Positions 48,033 through 59,828 of a stretch of DNA of 64,000 nt are shown piece by piece (position 1 is the first letter of the stretch; each line of letters begins with the position of its first letter). The translations under genes were made by a program, and so were the position numbers. The notes below the pieces were generated by a model, which did no database searches, was not told the DNA's origin, and worked only from the letters and a program-made list of their open reading frames with translations. The stretch comes from Mobula hypostoma. Its lineage: Eukaryota. The stretch is from NCBI RefSeq assembly GCF_963921235.1, contig NC_086123.1, positions 4,526,001 to 4,590,000 of the forward strand, given 5' to 3'.

Positions 48033-51000
48033 GTAAATGGCCATAGCTGATGATTTTTGCAATCAATCTTCATGAATGTTCTGATTTTCAGTATGTTCCC
48101 TAGTTATAAAATGGAAATGTACTGGCTACCAGATTTTCGTTGATAGAAAATAATCCCCATTGAATATTTCCCAATGCAAGATCTGCACTTGCCACCGTTG
48201 GCCAAAGAGCTTCTATTTACCACCTGGGACTCAAAAGATTTTGTGGGGCAAGTACCGGACATAACATGATTCTGATTTCACCAGGTCTTCAGACATGGGC
48301 ACTTACAAGGAGTTGTTATTTATGAGTTGAGCTAGAAGTCAGAATTGTGAATGTTGTTGATTTTGTTGCATGTTCCACCCTTACCAACATACCACAGCAA
48401 ATTCTTAATATATGTGGTGAGTAAAGTTAATCCTTGATCTTGTTTTTCAAAGTCTTAAGGCAACTTTAGAAAAAAAATGCACTCTTTAATTATTCTACAC
48501 ATCATCAATGCTCGCAGCTTCTGTACGGACCAAATCTCTTCTGGTTGCATTTGTGGTGCACATTGTGTGGTCACCAATGTGAAGAATATTATTGTTGAAA
48601 GTAATACTTCCTAGAGCCAATACCAAAAATCAAAAAAAGGACTAGAGATGTGTGTCTTGGGTCAGAGCTGGGCATACTGTTTTTCACCTCTATATCAACA
48701 AGTGTAATAAGGATGGCTGGAAAGTTTGCAGATGACACAAAAACAGGTGGTGTCACAAACAGTAAAGGCGGCTATCAAACATTATAGGGAATGCAGGTCC
48801 AGCAACAGTTATTACCCTACAACCAGTAGGCTCCTAACCAGCCTGGATAACTTCACTCACCTGAACTCTGAACTGACTCAACAACCTATAGACACATTTT
48901 CAAGAACTCTACAACTCAGTATTATTTTTAAAATTTATTATTTGCATGATCCTGCCCCTTTTTACACACTTGATATTTGTCAGTCTTTGTTAAGTATAGT
49001 TTTTCATAAATAGAAGCGTGGACACTAAACTTGATTGACAAAGGAACTACCTCAACTATACTCCGGATTAATTTGTTGTTAACTTTTAACCGTGCATTAT
49101 ATTACTTACAAGTGATTTTTTGTATTTTTTAAATCCCTGCACAAATAGAAATGAGACCCAATTTTCTCTTGTGTGTTTAATCAAATGTCCCACATGATTA
49201 CCTCAGAATGAAATCAAAGCATGACATTCAGCAGATGTGACCTTTCTGAATGTAATCCTGTTTCTATTTTTAGTCTTAACAGAGAATAAGAGCTCTGCAA
49301 TGCCTCAATTGTCATTATTCTGGTGAATCTTAGTAATACAAATACACTAGGTCTCCGATCCAAGTTCTTTAGGACTGGACTGCACTTGAACATCAGATAT
49401 GTTTGGGTAATAGATAGCAATCTTGACAATCTAAGGTTTTTGTATATCCAGTGCAATTTCAACATGTTATTTTTAAATAAAGTGTCTTTATGTAGCCAAG
49501 TAGTATATCAAAGAAAATAAAAATCATTATGCATTTGCCCAGATACATGGGATCAAAAGTCTGCAGAAACATTTCCATTTTGAAAATCTTGAATTTGATG
49601 TTTTTTGACTGGAAGACTTTTAATGTGGCAAGCAACCTGTTTGACCTTAATTTTTTGGCCAAACCAGAACCTGCCTTGATGAAGGGCAGGACCCTGGTTG
49701 ATTTTTTTCCCCCCTTTCATATAAGCCAGTTGTAGATCTCTTGTTCTAACCTCTGCTACTCTTAGAGGCTGTAAACATCATTTAAACATGCTGTAGTAAT
49801 GCCACTCCGAATGTACTTTTGATTTAGTTTGTAAAATTATTTCAGGTATTTTGGGCCACAAGTTAACCTCAAACTGTCGCACCGTTAGGCAGATTTACTT
49901 AAATAAAACATCAAGAGTCAACCTGGATCAGCTTGGTAGGCAATCCTGTTGAATTAATTTTTTTGTTGAGCAGATGACTAAATACATTGAGGGCAGTGCA
50001 GTTCATATGGTTTATATGGACTTCATTAAGGCCTTTGACAAGATCCTACGTAGAAATCTATAAAAGATTAGAGTCGATGGGATCCAAGGAAATTGGCAAA
50101 TTAGATGCAAAATTACCTCGGTAATAGGAGACAGGAGGTGATGGCAGACAATTGCTTTTGTCACTGGAAACCTGTAGCCAAGTGTGCAAAACAGGCATTG
50201 GTGCTGCGACCCTTGCTATTCATCAATTTAACATTTGAATGTAAAGATGTTGTGGCATGGCAAGGGTTAAAATTCAGGCAAGAAAGATCTTTGAAGAGCA
50301 TATCTTCCCTCTGCACAGCAGGAGCCTGCAGCCGTTTGGGATTCAGAGACAAGATAAGGATGTAAGCCACACACATCAACTAAGGGACAATTACTCTATT
50401 AATTTCAAAGTATTATCAGTTGTTATCCGCCGCATCTGCTCTCAGGGTGAGACTTTTCATTCCAGGATGAGGGAGATGTCCTCCTTTTTTAAAGAAAGGG
50501 GCTTCCCTTCCTCCACCATTAACTCTGCTCTCAAACACATCTCCCCCAAGACTGCCTCTCATCAGTTGTTATCTTGTAGTTTCTATTGACTTTTAACACC
50601 TGTATGGTGGCGATTGATCTTGCAAATAAGGAATTTGAACATACACAAACAAGGTTACCTATTGGTTGATATCTGTAACTACTAATCAATTCTGCATAAA
50701 AATGGCATTTCTCTGTTCAGATTTGAGAACGGTCTGTTTTCAGAGTCCTGTTAATCAGTGACGACAGAATGATTATCAGTAAGTTTCCAGTTTACATGAA
50801 AATTAGTGGTGTTCTGGATAATGAAGGTAGCTTTAGCTACAGAACAATAGTAAAAATACACTAATTCCGATCAGTGTGAGGTGATGCATTTTAGGGGAGT
50901 TTAATAAAGGGCTGTAGAAGTACAAGTCCAAAAATCTTTTAAGGTGCCAGTACAGTAGATAGGGTAGTGAATAGTATGCAGGATGATTGATTAACATGGA

Positions 51001-51269
51001 CATAAAATGCTTCCACCCAGGACGGATATGATTACACTGGAGAGGGTGCAGATGAGATTCACCAGGATGTTGCCTCAGACAGAGTATATGCTGAACGTTT
51101 CCTTTCGAACAGAGGAGGCTGGATGTGAAACTTGATGCAGATATATATACAGCCTCATGAGAAGTCTGAGCACTTGAATTGTCAAGGCATAGGAGGCAGT
51201 GGACCAAGAGCTGCTAAAAGGGGCTAACTAGTAAATACAGGCGCTGATGGTTGGAGTGATGTTAAGAAA

Positions 51270-51822
51270 GCAACATCTCCCTCAATGTCGCAAAGACAAA
51301 GGAGCTGGTCGTGGACTACAGGAGGAATGGAGACAGGCTAACCCCAATAGACATCAATGGATCTGCAGTTGAGAGGGTGAACAGCTTTAAGTTCTTCGGC
51401 ATAAACATCACCAGGGATCCCACGTGGTCTGTACATGCTGCCTGTGTGGTGAAAAAAAGGCACAACAGCACCTTCTTCACCTCAGACAGTTGAGGAAGTT
51501 TGGTATGGCCTCCCAAATTCTAAGAACTTTCTACAGGGGCACGATTGAGAGCATCCTGACTGGCTGCATCACTGCCTGGTATGGGAACTGTACTTCCCTC
51601 AATCGCAGGTCTCTGCAGAGAGTGGTGCGGACAGCCCAGTGCATCTGTAGATGTAAACTTCTCACTATTCAGGACATTTACAAAGACGGGTGTGAAGGAT
51701 CATTGGAGACCCAAGTCACCCCAACCACAAACTATTCCGGCTGCTACCATCCGGGAAATGGTACCACAGCATAAAAACCAGGACCACCAGGCTTTGAGAC
51801 AGCTTCTTCCACCAGGCCATCT
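51270..51822 (+). mobile_element. Rex1/Babar LINE fragment
   Basis: KAQQHLLHLRQLRKFGM...FYRGTIESILTGCITAWYGNC (DUF1891-type segment). Confidence 0.85.
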
Positions 51823-52566
51823 GTCTCTCTTTTCGGTTGTCCATCAAAATCCGATGATGTCCACTCCTTTAATGGTGAGATCTTTGATGACTATACAGTC
51901 CTATCTTGGACCCACAAGCTCTATTGCAGGTGGGACATGTATATGTGGTAGTGGTGGCAACCATGGCTGCATTTCTCCTGGTTCCCTTCTGCTGGTTCTT
52001 TCCATCTCCAGAATACAAACCCCGTCCCTACACAGCTGTCGAGGGAAGACTATTTTCATTGACAACCTAATTTTAATGCAAGTTGACAGTGGGAATTTGT
52101 CACCTTTTGTAAGGTATTTATCTGCAAAAATCTATGAATAGTTAATATTAATCCCACACTGATGTTGTTAATTATTCAAATAATTGTTAATTATTTGAAG
52201 TTGATTACTGGAAATACAAATGCTAGAAGCAAATTGCTGATGATTCTGTAAATATATAAAGTTAACAATTGCCGAAGTTGGGGTGAGTTACAATACTGTT
52301 CTAGAGTAATAAAGCCAGAGCTGTTGCTCAGTGAGCAATCTGATGGAAAATACATGTGCTAAGCTGTGAATTCATCCCCACTGACAACAGAAAATCCATA
52401 GGGCCCAAGGATCATAACTGAGCTGCTGTCTTCAATGATTTTACAAGTATTATTTTGCTGGGAAGTGCCTAGAGGTAGTGAAAATGACTTTTTTGAGCAA
52501 TATGTACACGAGTGCATTATCAGGATTGCATTTTGCATAATACAAATAAACATCTTTTAATTCCAG

Positions 52567-52613
52567 GCAATATTCCACTTCCACGGAAAGAGGAGAGAGA
52601 TGATGGTCTTTAA
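52567..52613 (+). CDS. GATC: GATC exon 5 (last coding exon)
   Basis: (G)NIPLPRKEERDDGL*. Acceptor ttccag|, phase 1. AATAAA at 53082-53087. Confidence 0.88.
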
Positions 52614-53641
52614 TATTCCGAATGGCAAACACGGACTTGCTGCTTTACGGCAGATACTGAATTCAAAGCAAACATCTGGTCGCAGCGATCCACTGAAGAC
52701 TGAAGTGCAACAACATTTTCATTTGAACTGAAGGACAGTGCCATCATTTTTGGAATTTATTGATGTATAATATTTCTCTTGTGGAAATGTCATTTGTTAT
52801 GTCGTGGAGAGTTTACTAAGACAAATGCAGAAAAGAAATAGCTCATTCATAGCATTCCTGACGAAGCAAGCAAGCTGTGACTCCCCAACTGTGAGCAGGA
52901 TCTAGGTGCACACTAACACAGTATGGATGGAACATTTATTTCTGAGATCTAAATAAGGCCAGACAGTGTTCCTCAGTAAAATGAAAGATCATGTGGCCCA
53001 TTTGTTTTTTTAAAAATGCTGTATCAGACCTGCAGTAACAATCATTTCATTCTCCTTTATACCCTTATATGAAAGAATGGAAATAAACTATCTTGAATCT
53101 TTTGAAGAATCGCCATCCAGAACTGCACAAAACTTCGACTTGCAAGCAGTCTTAAGCAACCAGAGTACCCTTCGTTAACTTAAAACTTCATCTAGAAGTC
53201 AGCACTGCTTGTTGCAGGTCTACTCCTGCCTGTTGAGAAGATTCAGCCAGTGGCCAGAGGTGCTGTCAAATACTAAACGGGCAAGCATCTGCAGCAACAG
53301 CAATATCCTCTATAACCTGAATTTGGGCAACATCTTCCTTTTTAAAATTCACTTTCAACTTAAATGAAGTTAATATATTATTTTCAGTACGTTTGGGCTT
53401 GATATATCAGAACTGTATTTGAGGGCAAAAGGCTCAGAAATAAGCACACCAGTTCCCTGCTATTTTTTATTTAATAAAAAGGGAAGTGTGTAAGTTAGCT
53501 GAAACCAGTAAAGATCAACACAGTCAATAATAAAAAGGAAAAAAACAAGTTTATTCAAAGCATTACATGAAATATAGAACTGAAGGAAAAACTAACCACT
53601 AGTGATGGAATGTAGATTTAAAAAAATTGACTACCAAGTCC

Positions 53642-53773
53642 TCATCTATATTGGGGGGAGCTTCTGCCTTGATAGGGAGAATAACGACCTCTAGAAAGGG
53701 ACCTTGATCTTGATCTCCCATAACTGGAACTTCTGGGTTTGTCAGCGCGAACTCGAATATAAGCAGTTTCTCC
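53642..53773 (-). CDS. SRSF9: Serine/arginine-rich splicing factor 9, last coding exon (RS domain)
   Basis: [43 protein letters not shown]. Acceptor ttttccag|. The short RS tail and synteny favour SRSF9 over SRSF1. Confidence 0.92.
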   Translation of the reverse strand, partial: GETAYIRVRADKPRSSSYGRSRSRSLSRGRYSPYQGRSSPQYR

Positions 53774-54979
53774 CTGGAAAAGAATTGAAGATGATTAGTG
53801 GCAGAAGCCAAACTTGTTGGGAAAGACTGGACTGCAACATTCAGAACTGGTGCTTCAATAATAAACAGTACAATGGGCAGGAGGAATTTATCACAGGTAC
53901 TCCTGCCAATTTATCAACCAAACATCTCCAGGACCTTTCTTGGAATTCCAACTGATATTTCAGAGGATAATGTTCTGTCTACTGACCAAAAGGGTTAGGT
54001 AAACAGTTTTGGTGTCTTAATCTGGGTTCCTAAGTATATGCTGTTTCACAAACTCTCTGCCCCCACTTCAGCAATACAACAGAATCTCAAAAAGGGCACA
54101 GAGTGGCTGATGGTGGAAGTTGGATGGTTTCTCCTTGCTGCACCCACTAGGATTTTTGAGAGATTAATACCGAGGCTTGTTATTGACAGAGTAGTTCTTA
54201 ATTTGCTTCTAGCTGCAATGTACCTAACCTGGGAGTACTTTATGCAAATATTTAATATCTGAAAGAAATACATTCCTATCACTTAGTAAAAATAAATTCT
54301 ACAAGGTCCCAAATTGTTTAGCTCATAATCCCAATGTGTTAACTGGTAAACAGACCAAAGTGCATCTACCAGAGTGACAGCAGTTACAATTAGACTGTGT
54401 GTTTCCCCCACCTCTGCCTTTTTAATCAATTGGGCTTTTTTTGCAATATTTGAATGAATTATAAGAAAAAGATGCTGCTGTCATGTAAGCATAGGGGATT
54501 CTGGCTATAATCCAGACACAAAATATACAACAGGAATTACAGAAAGGAAGGGGAATAATTTTGGGAAGAAAATACATACCATATTCTATATAAATTAACA
54601 ATGAAAGATCTCGATAATTTATGCTGAAACTAAACCAAGCTGTTAGCAAACACCTGAATTACTGAAATAGCAGGATAATATATCTTACAGGCTTTGTAAG
54701 TCTGAAACCATTAAGACTGAGCCAAGCCAAACCAAAGTATGTGCCTAGTCCAGATGATTGATATGAAAGGATAAAAGCGGAGGCATGGTCTAGTGAAAGT
54801 TAACAGTTACTTACAGACTCGAAATTATACAGGGAAAAAATCAGAAAACAAATTAAATATTTTGGATTTGCCTTCATGGATGAATTGAAAACCTGCTTGA
54901 CACAGTGGAAACTACAGGTCTAAAGTGAATGGAATTGCCAACAAAATTAGCATTGGTACAAAATTAGTATTGGTGGAAC

Positions 54980-57130
54980 TTGTTGGGTGTTTTTAGGGTT
55001 TCAAATGTTGCTGTCTTTCAAAGCTCCATAAGTTAGAAGATAACAAATGTAACCCCACCATTTAAGAAAGGGCACACGGAGAGAGAGACCAGAGACAGAA
55101 TTAACGTGTGGAACTATACACCAATAGTCCTGACATCAGTATTAGGGAAATGCTACAATTTATTGAGCAGTGTTTAGAAAATAATATCAGGACTGGACAG
55201 TCAACATGGATTTATAAAAGGATAATTATGTTTAACAAATTTGTTTGAGATTCTGAAGACGCAACTAGTGGATTAGGTAAGTGAAAACCATAATGTATTA
55301 TTTATAAACATTTAGCAGATACATTCAGTACATTTTTGATAAGGTTTTGCATAAAAGATTATTAAAAATTCAAACCTGATATTGTTGTAGATTGATGGTT
55401 AACTGAAAGAAAATAGCATGAATAAATGGGCTATTTTCTAGTTGTGAAACAGTGATATGGGACAAAACTGAGATCTGTGCTGGGGATTTAGCTGTTCAGT
55501 GTAATACAACCCACCCACATTTACTGAAGTTACAAAGTTTGGGTGGTTCTGAGGGAGCTGTAGAGAATATAGACGCACCAAATTTATGAGCATGGATTTG
55601 ACGGATGGAATACAAGTGTGGAAAATAGTTATCCACTTTGCTAGAATAAAAGAAGCCCGAAAAGAGTTTATTTGTTAGTATCTATTTTCTTCAAATGGTG
55701 TTTGAAAGATGCTAATATTCATAGGCCTTAGTGTTCTTATACAGAGCCTTGAAAAAGTATTCAGCTCACAATCCTTTGTTCAGGAGTATTACAACCAGGG
55801 ATTTTGATCAATTTAACTGAGAATTTTTATTTGCAAATCACGTGCTTTTCTAAAAAAAAACAGTAGAGTCCAAAAACCAGAGGAATATTGTAAAACGTGT
55901 AAAACTAAAAATTCAAAAACTGAAATGTCAGTTAAATAAGCATTCATCCCTTAGTTGAACCACCTCTCGCAGCTATTATAACCAGTAGTCATTTTGATCA
56001 GTCTATTAGCTTTGCATAATGTAATGGAACAAAATTTTCCCATTCCTCCTTGCAAAATGGCTCAAGCTGTGCCAGTTAGTTGAGGAGTGGCGATGGACAG
56101 CAATCTTGAGGTCTTGCCAGAGATGTTTGATCAGGTTAAGGACAGGACTCTGAATGGGCCACTCAATAGCGACTCCATGGTTGCTCTGGAAGTGTGCTTT
56201 GGGTCGTTGTCCTGCTGAAAGACAAACTTCCTCCAAAGTTTAAGCATTCTGACAAGACGCTAGCACGTTTTTATCCAGGATCTCTCAGTATTTAACAGCA
56301 TTCGACTTCCCATCAATCCTGACCAGATTTCCAGTCCCTGCTGCTGAAAAGCATCCCCATAGCATGATACTACCTCCACCATAATTTGCAATGGGGATGG
56401 TGTTACCTGGCTTTTGTGCAGTATTAGATTTACACCACACATACCACTTAGTGTTGAGGCCAAAGAGTTCCACTTTGGTCTCATCTGATATACATATTCA
56501 TTGAAAACAGGCGATCAATTTTCTACATCAAGAAATTGGGGTGAGTTGGTAATTATAAAAGGGGAAGAATACTTTTTCAGCCTCACAATTTAGATTTATT
56601 TTTTAGTAAATTGTTGACAGGTTTTGGAATTTGTTTTGTAGATTAGCTCAAAAATTCTACTTCAATACATTTTAAATTTAGAAAATGAGACAGTAGAATA
56701 TGAAAATAGTTGTGGGGGCTGAATGTTTTCCAAAGCACTGTATATGAATCACTGAAAGTAACATCTTAGGTACCACAACCAATTTGGAACATCAACCTTT
56801 AATGCAAGAGAGCGTCTTGTTATACCGCTCCATATGGACCCGGGTGAGGCCATATTTGGAATATTATGTACAGGATCTGTTCTCTGTCGGTACAAAAAAT
56901 ATACATGACAGAATGAGTGTCATTCACCAGATTGATTCCTGGATGGGTCCTTCCCTCTATAAGAGATTAAGCAGAATACTTTATAGGGGTTAGAGAAGAA
57001 CAAGAAGCCATCTTATTGAAACATACAAAATTCTCACAAGTCTTGACAGGGTACAGGGATGAATGATGTAATAATAATAATGAATGAAACATAGAACCTG
57101 GGGTCACCGTCTCAAACTAGGGGGTTGGCA
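54980..57130 (+). mobile_element. Old CR1 LINE in SRSF9 intron 3, interrupted by Tc1
   Basis: NVTPPFKKG, QHGFIK and VRPYLEYYVQ-like remnants. Confidence 0.65.
55742..56740 (-). mobile_element. Internally deleted Tc1/mariner transposon
   Basis: TA-flanked TIRs cagagccttgaaaaagtattcagc and gctgaatgttttccaaagcactg. Transposase pieces [36 protein letters not shown]. Confidence 0.9.
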
Positions 57131-57652
57131 ATCAGACAGCGGAAAATCTTTGGAATGGTCTGACCAAGTGAGTCGTGGAATATTAATATAGAGAGAATCC
57201 AAAGGTGGGAGATAGTGCAGCAACGTGACACCAAATTTTAAAATAAGCCACAACCTTAGTGAATAGTGCAGCAAGAATGGTCTATTCTTACCATTGTTCT
57301 TGAGCCAGTTTAGTGTTACAGTTATGTGTCTCATCCAAAATAAATACTAATCAAATTAGACTGAGACAGTCACCATTTTTAAACAGTAGCCATCATGCAC
57401 ACTTGGGTTCTAAACAATTTTGAGAGTTGCCCCACCTAAATTCCATGAGAGCAAATGTTATTCTGCATCTCAGATTTTGGGGTAGTGATTTGCGAATTCA
57501 CATAGCCCACGTTATGTAAACCAATTAACATCATGGATCAAATCAGATCAAAATAGGACTCAGCAACAGAACTGGCAGTAAACAGCATCACTAATACCCA
57601 TATCTTGTAAAATTTTTAAAAGCACACCCGGAATTAATACAAACTAACTAAC

Positions 57653-57825
57653 CTGATGAGAACGGAACTTCGTATCGTCAAGCTTCCTTACTGCATAATC
57701 CACATCTTCTTTACGGAGGAATTCCACCACTCCGGCACCTTCTCCCAAAACATCTGCATAACAAACATCACCAGCTTCTCGCATGTGATCCTTCAAATCC
57801 TGCCAGCTGCCAGAGGGTGGTAGCC
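57653..57825 (-). CDS. SRSF9: SRSF9 exon 3 (pseudo-RRM)
   Basis: [26 protein letters not shown]...[12 protein letters not shown] with the SWQDLKD signature. 173 nt, phase 1 to 0. Confidence 0.96.
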
Positions 57826-58966
57826 CTACACAGAAAAAGACGGAAGTGTTAAATTCTGATAAATGAATTGGGATGTACTGAACGTGCAAGCCCTGATGAT
57901 TTTAATTCGGAATACTATAAAAATGAAGAAATAGCTAAAGGGAAATAAGTGTATATGTAATCACGACTTTTCCAAAGTTCACAGGAAAAATACACAATAA
58001 AGAGGACATTTAATTTTTCTTAGGAGTTTTTGTGGTACTTGACTATCTCCTAAACTAGGATGTGTGCATTAATTTGCTGTATTTATTCTCCAAAATCACA
58101 TTAGGAGTGAATGCTCAAGCAACAAATCTAACCGCATTTTAAGTGCTGGTTAAGAAAAAGGTTCACATGAATCATCTTTATTTTCACCCAAAGAAAGTAT
58201 ATTTGAAATATACAGGCCAAGTCCTGTGACCTTTTCATATGGTATTAATTGCTGTCCAAGTGCCTGAAGTTCCAGAGTAGTGAGGATGCCAGATGTGGTT
58301 TCAGCTGTTCTCAGTTTCCTTTTGCCAGAACTTATAATTCATTTCCAGATGTTTCGTTTTTAATCTGTCAGCTCGTTCCACAAGTGAGAAAGACCCAAGT
58401 ACACAATGTGTTCAGCTTTGTGAGTAACGGCTACAGACCACTAAAATCTCAAATCAACGTGGAAAAACTTATCAATGTCCAGCATAATTAAGCAACATCT
58501 GTGAAGAATCAATCCAGAAATAATGTCTTTTATCGTAACATTTTCTTCAGTGTTATTGAAACAAATGGGCCTCACATTCTTCTTCTCTTCATTAAGATTG
58601 AAGCATCTGTCCAGGGATTATCAGTCATCAGAATTAAATTTAGGGGCAAAAATAGCAACCCAAAAGGGACTGGACAGCACAAAGTTGAAAAAAAAAGATT
58701 GTCTTTTCCCCTTTAATGTGTTGATTGATCCGATATAAAACATTTTGTTTTTACATCAAGGAATCAGTGGTACCTCGAAATGAATCATATCAAAATATAA
58801 CAAGTGTTGTTACAATTGATTTCGGAACCCGTGGACTAGAGGAGAGAAAATTGTCAGGATTTCTCACTTGAGAGATGCTCATTAAAATGCTGGATGGATG
58901 AGGATGGGAATCAGACTTTGTCACTATGGCCTTCAGAGGGGAAAACAGGTTGCTAGCCGGGCTCAC

Positions 58967-59046
58967 CTCAAATTGAGAGGCTGTTTTTTTTTAAAAAAGG
59001 TACTTTAAGATTCCCGTGGTACCATAGTCTTGCAAGTAACCAATGT
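58967..59046 (-). other. SRSF9: Candidate NMD-inducing poison cassette exon of SRSF9 (80 nt)
   Basis: Minus strand: GCTAAT branch point, TCTTTCCTCCACCCTCTTCTAG acceptor and GAG|GTGAGC donor. In frame from exon 2 it reads DIGYLQDYGTTGILKYLF* (TAA at 58993-58991). Confidence 0.75.
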
Positions 59047-59664
59047 CTAGAAGAGGGTGGAGGAAAGAATTAGCAAGAGAGATTTTTTAAAAAAGGCTTT
59101 CTATTCATTTTTTTAAATGAATAATTTTCACGAATGATTTCTAAACTGAAATTACTGTGGCAGTGCACTGACGATTCCAAAGGATAGCAGAAATAATGCA
59201 CTTGCTACCCTGTGTGTTGGTAGTTCTGTAGCAGAATAAGAACGTATAAATCTCCATAGGAAGCCTCTTGTGCCAATGATCTTCATCCACAAACATATGA
59301 AGTTGCTCGATACCAGCTGTGTCCAAATCTTTATTGAGTCCAAACTTAATTCATGGTGCACCACAGGGTTCTATGCAGTCCAATATAAAGCCTAAATGGG
59401 TGTTCCAGTTAATTTGCTGGACTAACAGATGTTGATATTTTCATTGATGGTTTATCAACAAGCAGCCCATTCCAAGCCTCCCAGATCATAAAAATCATAT
59501 AAAACATACTAGAGTGAAAAGAAAAAAGTTTGCTAGGGTTGTTGGTCAGCATACGGAAATCCCAGCTTTAAAAGGACACTACACTAATCGGTTTTCCAAT
59601 TCTATTCAGCTCTTTAGAAGAAAAACATTGGCTCTTAAACATGAAATGGAAAACAAAAACGCAC

Positions 59665-59828
59665 CGGAGACAATGACCCTGAAATCTGATCTGCGGGCTG
59701 GTGGTCCTGGTCTTCCTCTAGATCCACCGCCGATTCCGCCAATTCCTCGGCCTCTCTGGAACTCCACGCGCAAGCGATAGACTCCATAATCATACCCATT
59801 TCTTCCATAGACTGCGTCTTGTGCATCT
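59665..59828 (-). CDS. SRSF9: SRSF9 exon 2 (end of RRM1 and Gly linker); exon 1 not found in window
   Basis: [58 protein letters not shown] boundaries, phase 2 to 1. Confidence 0.95.
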
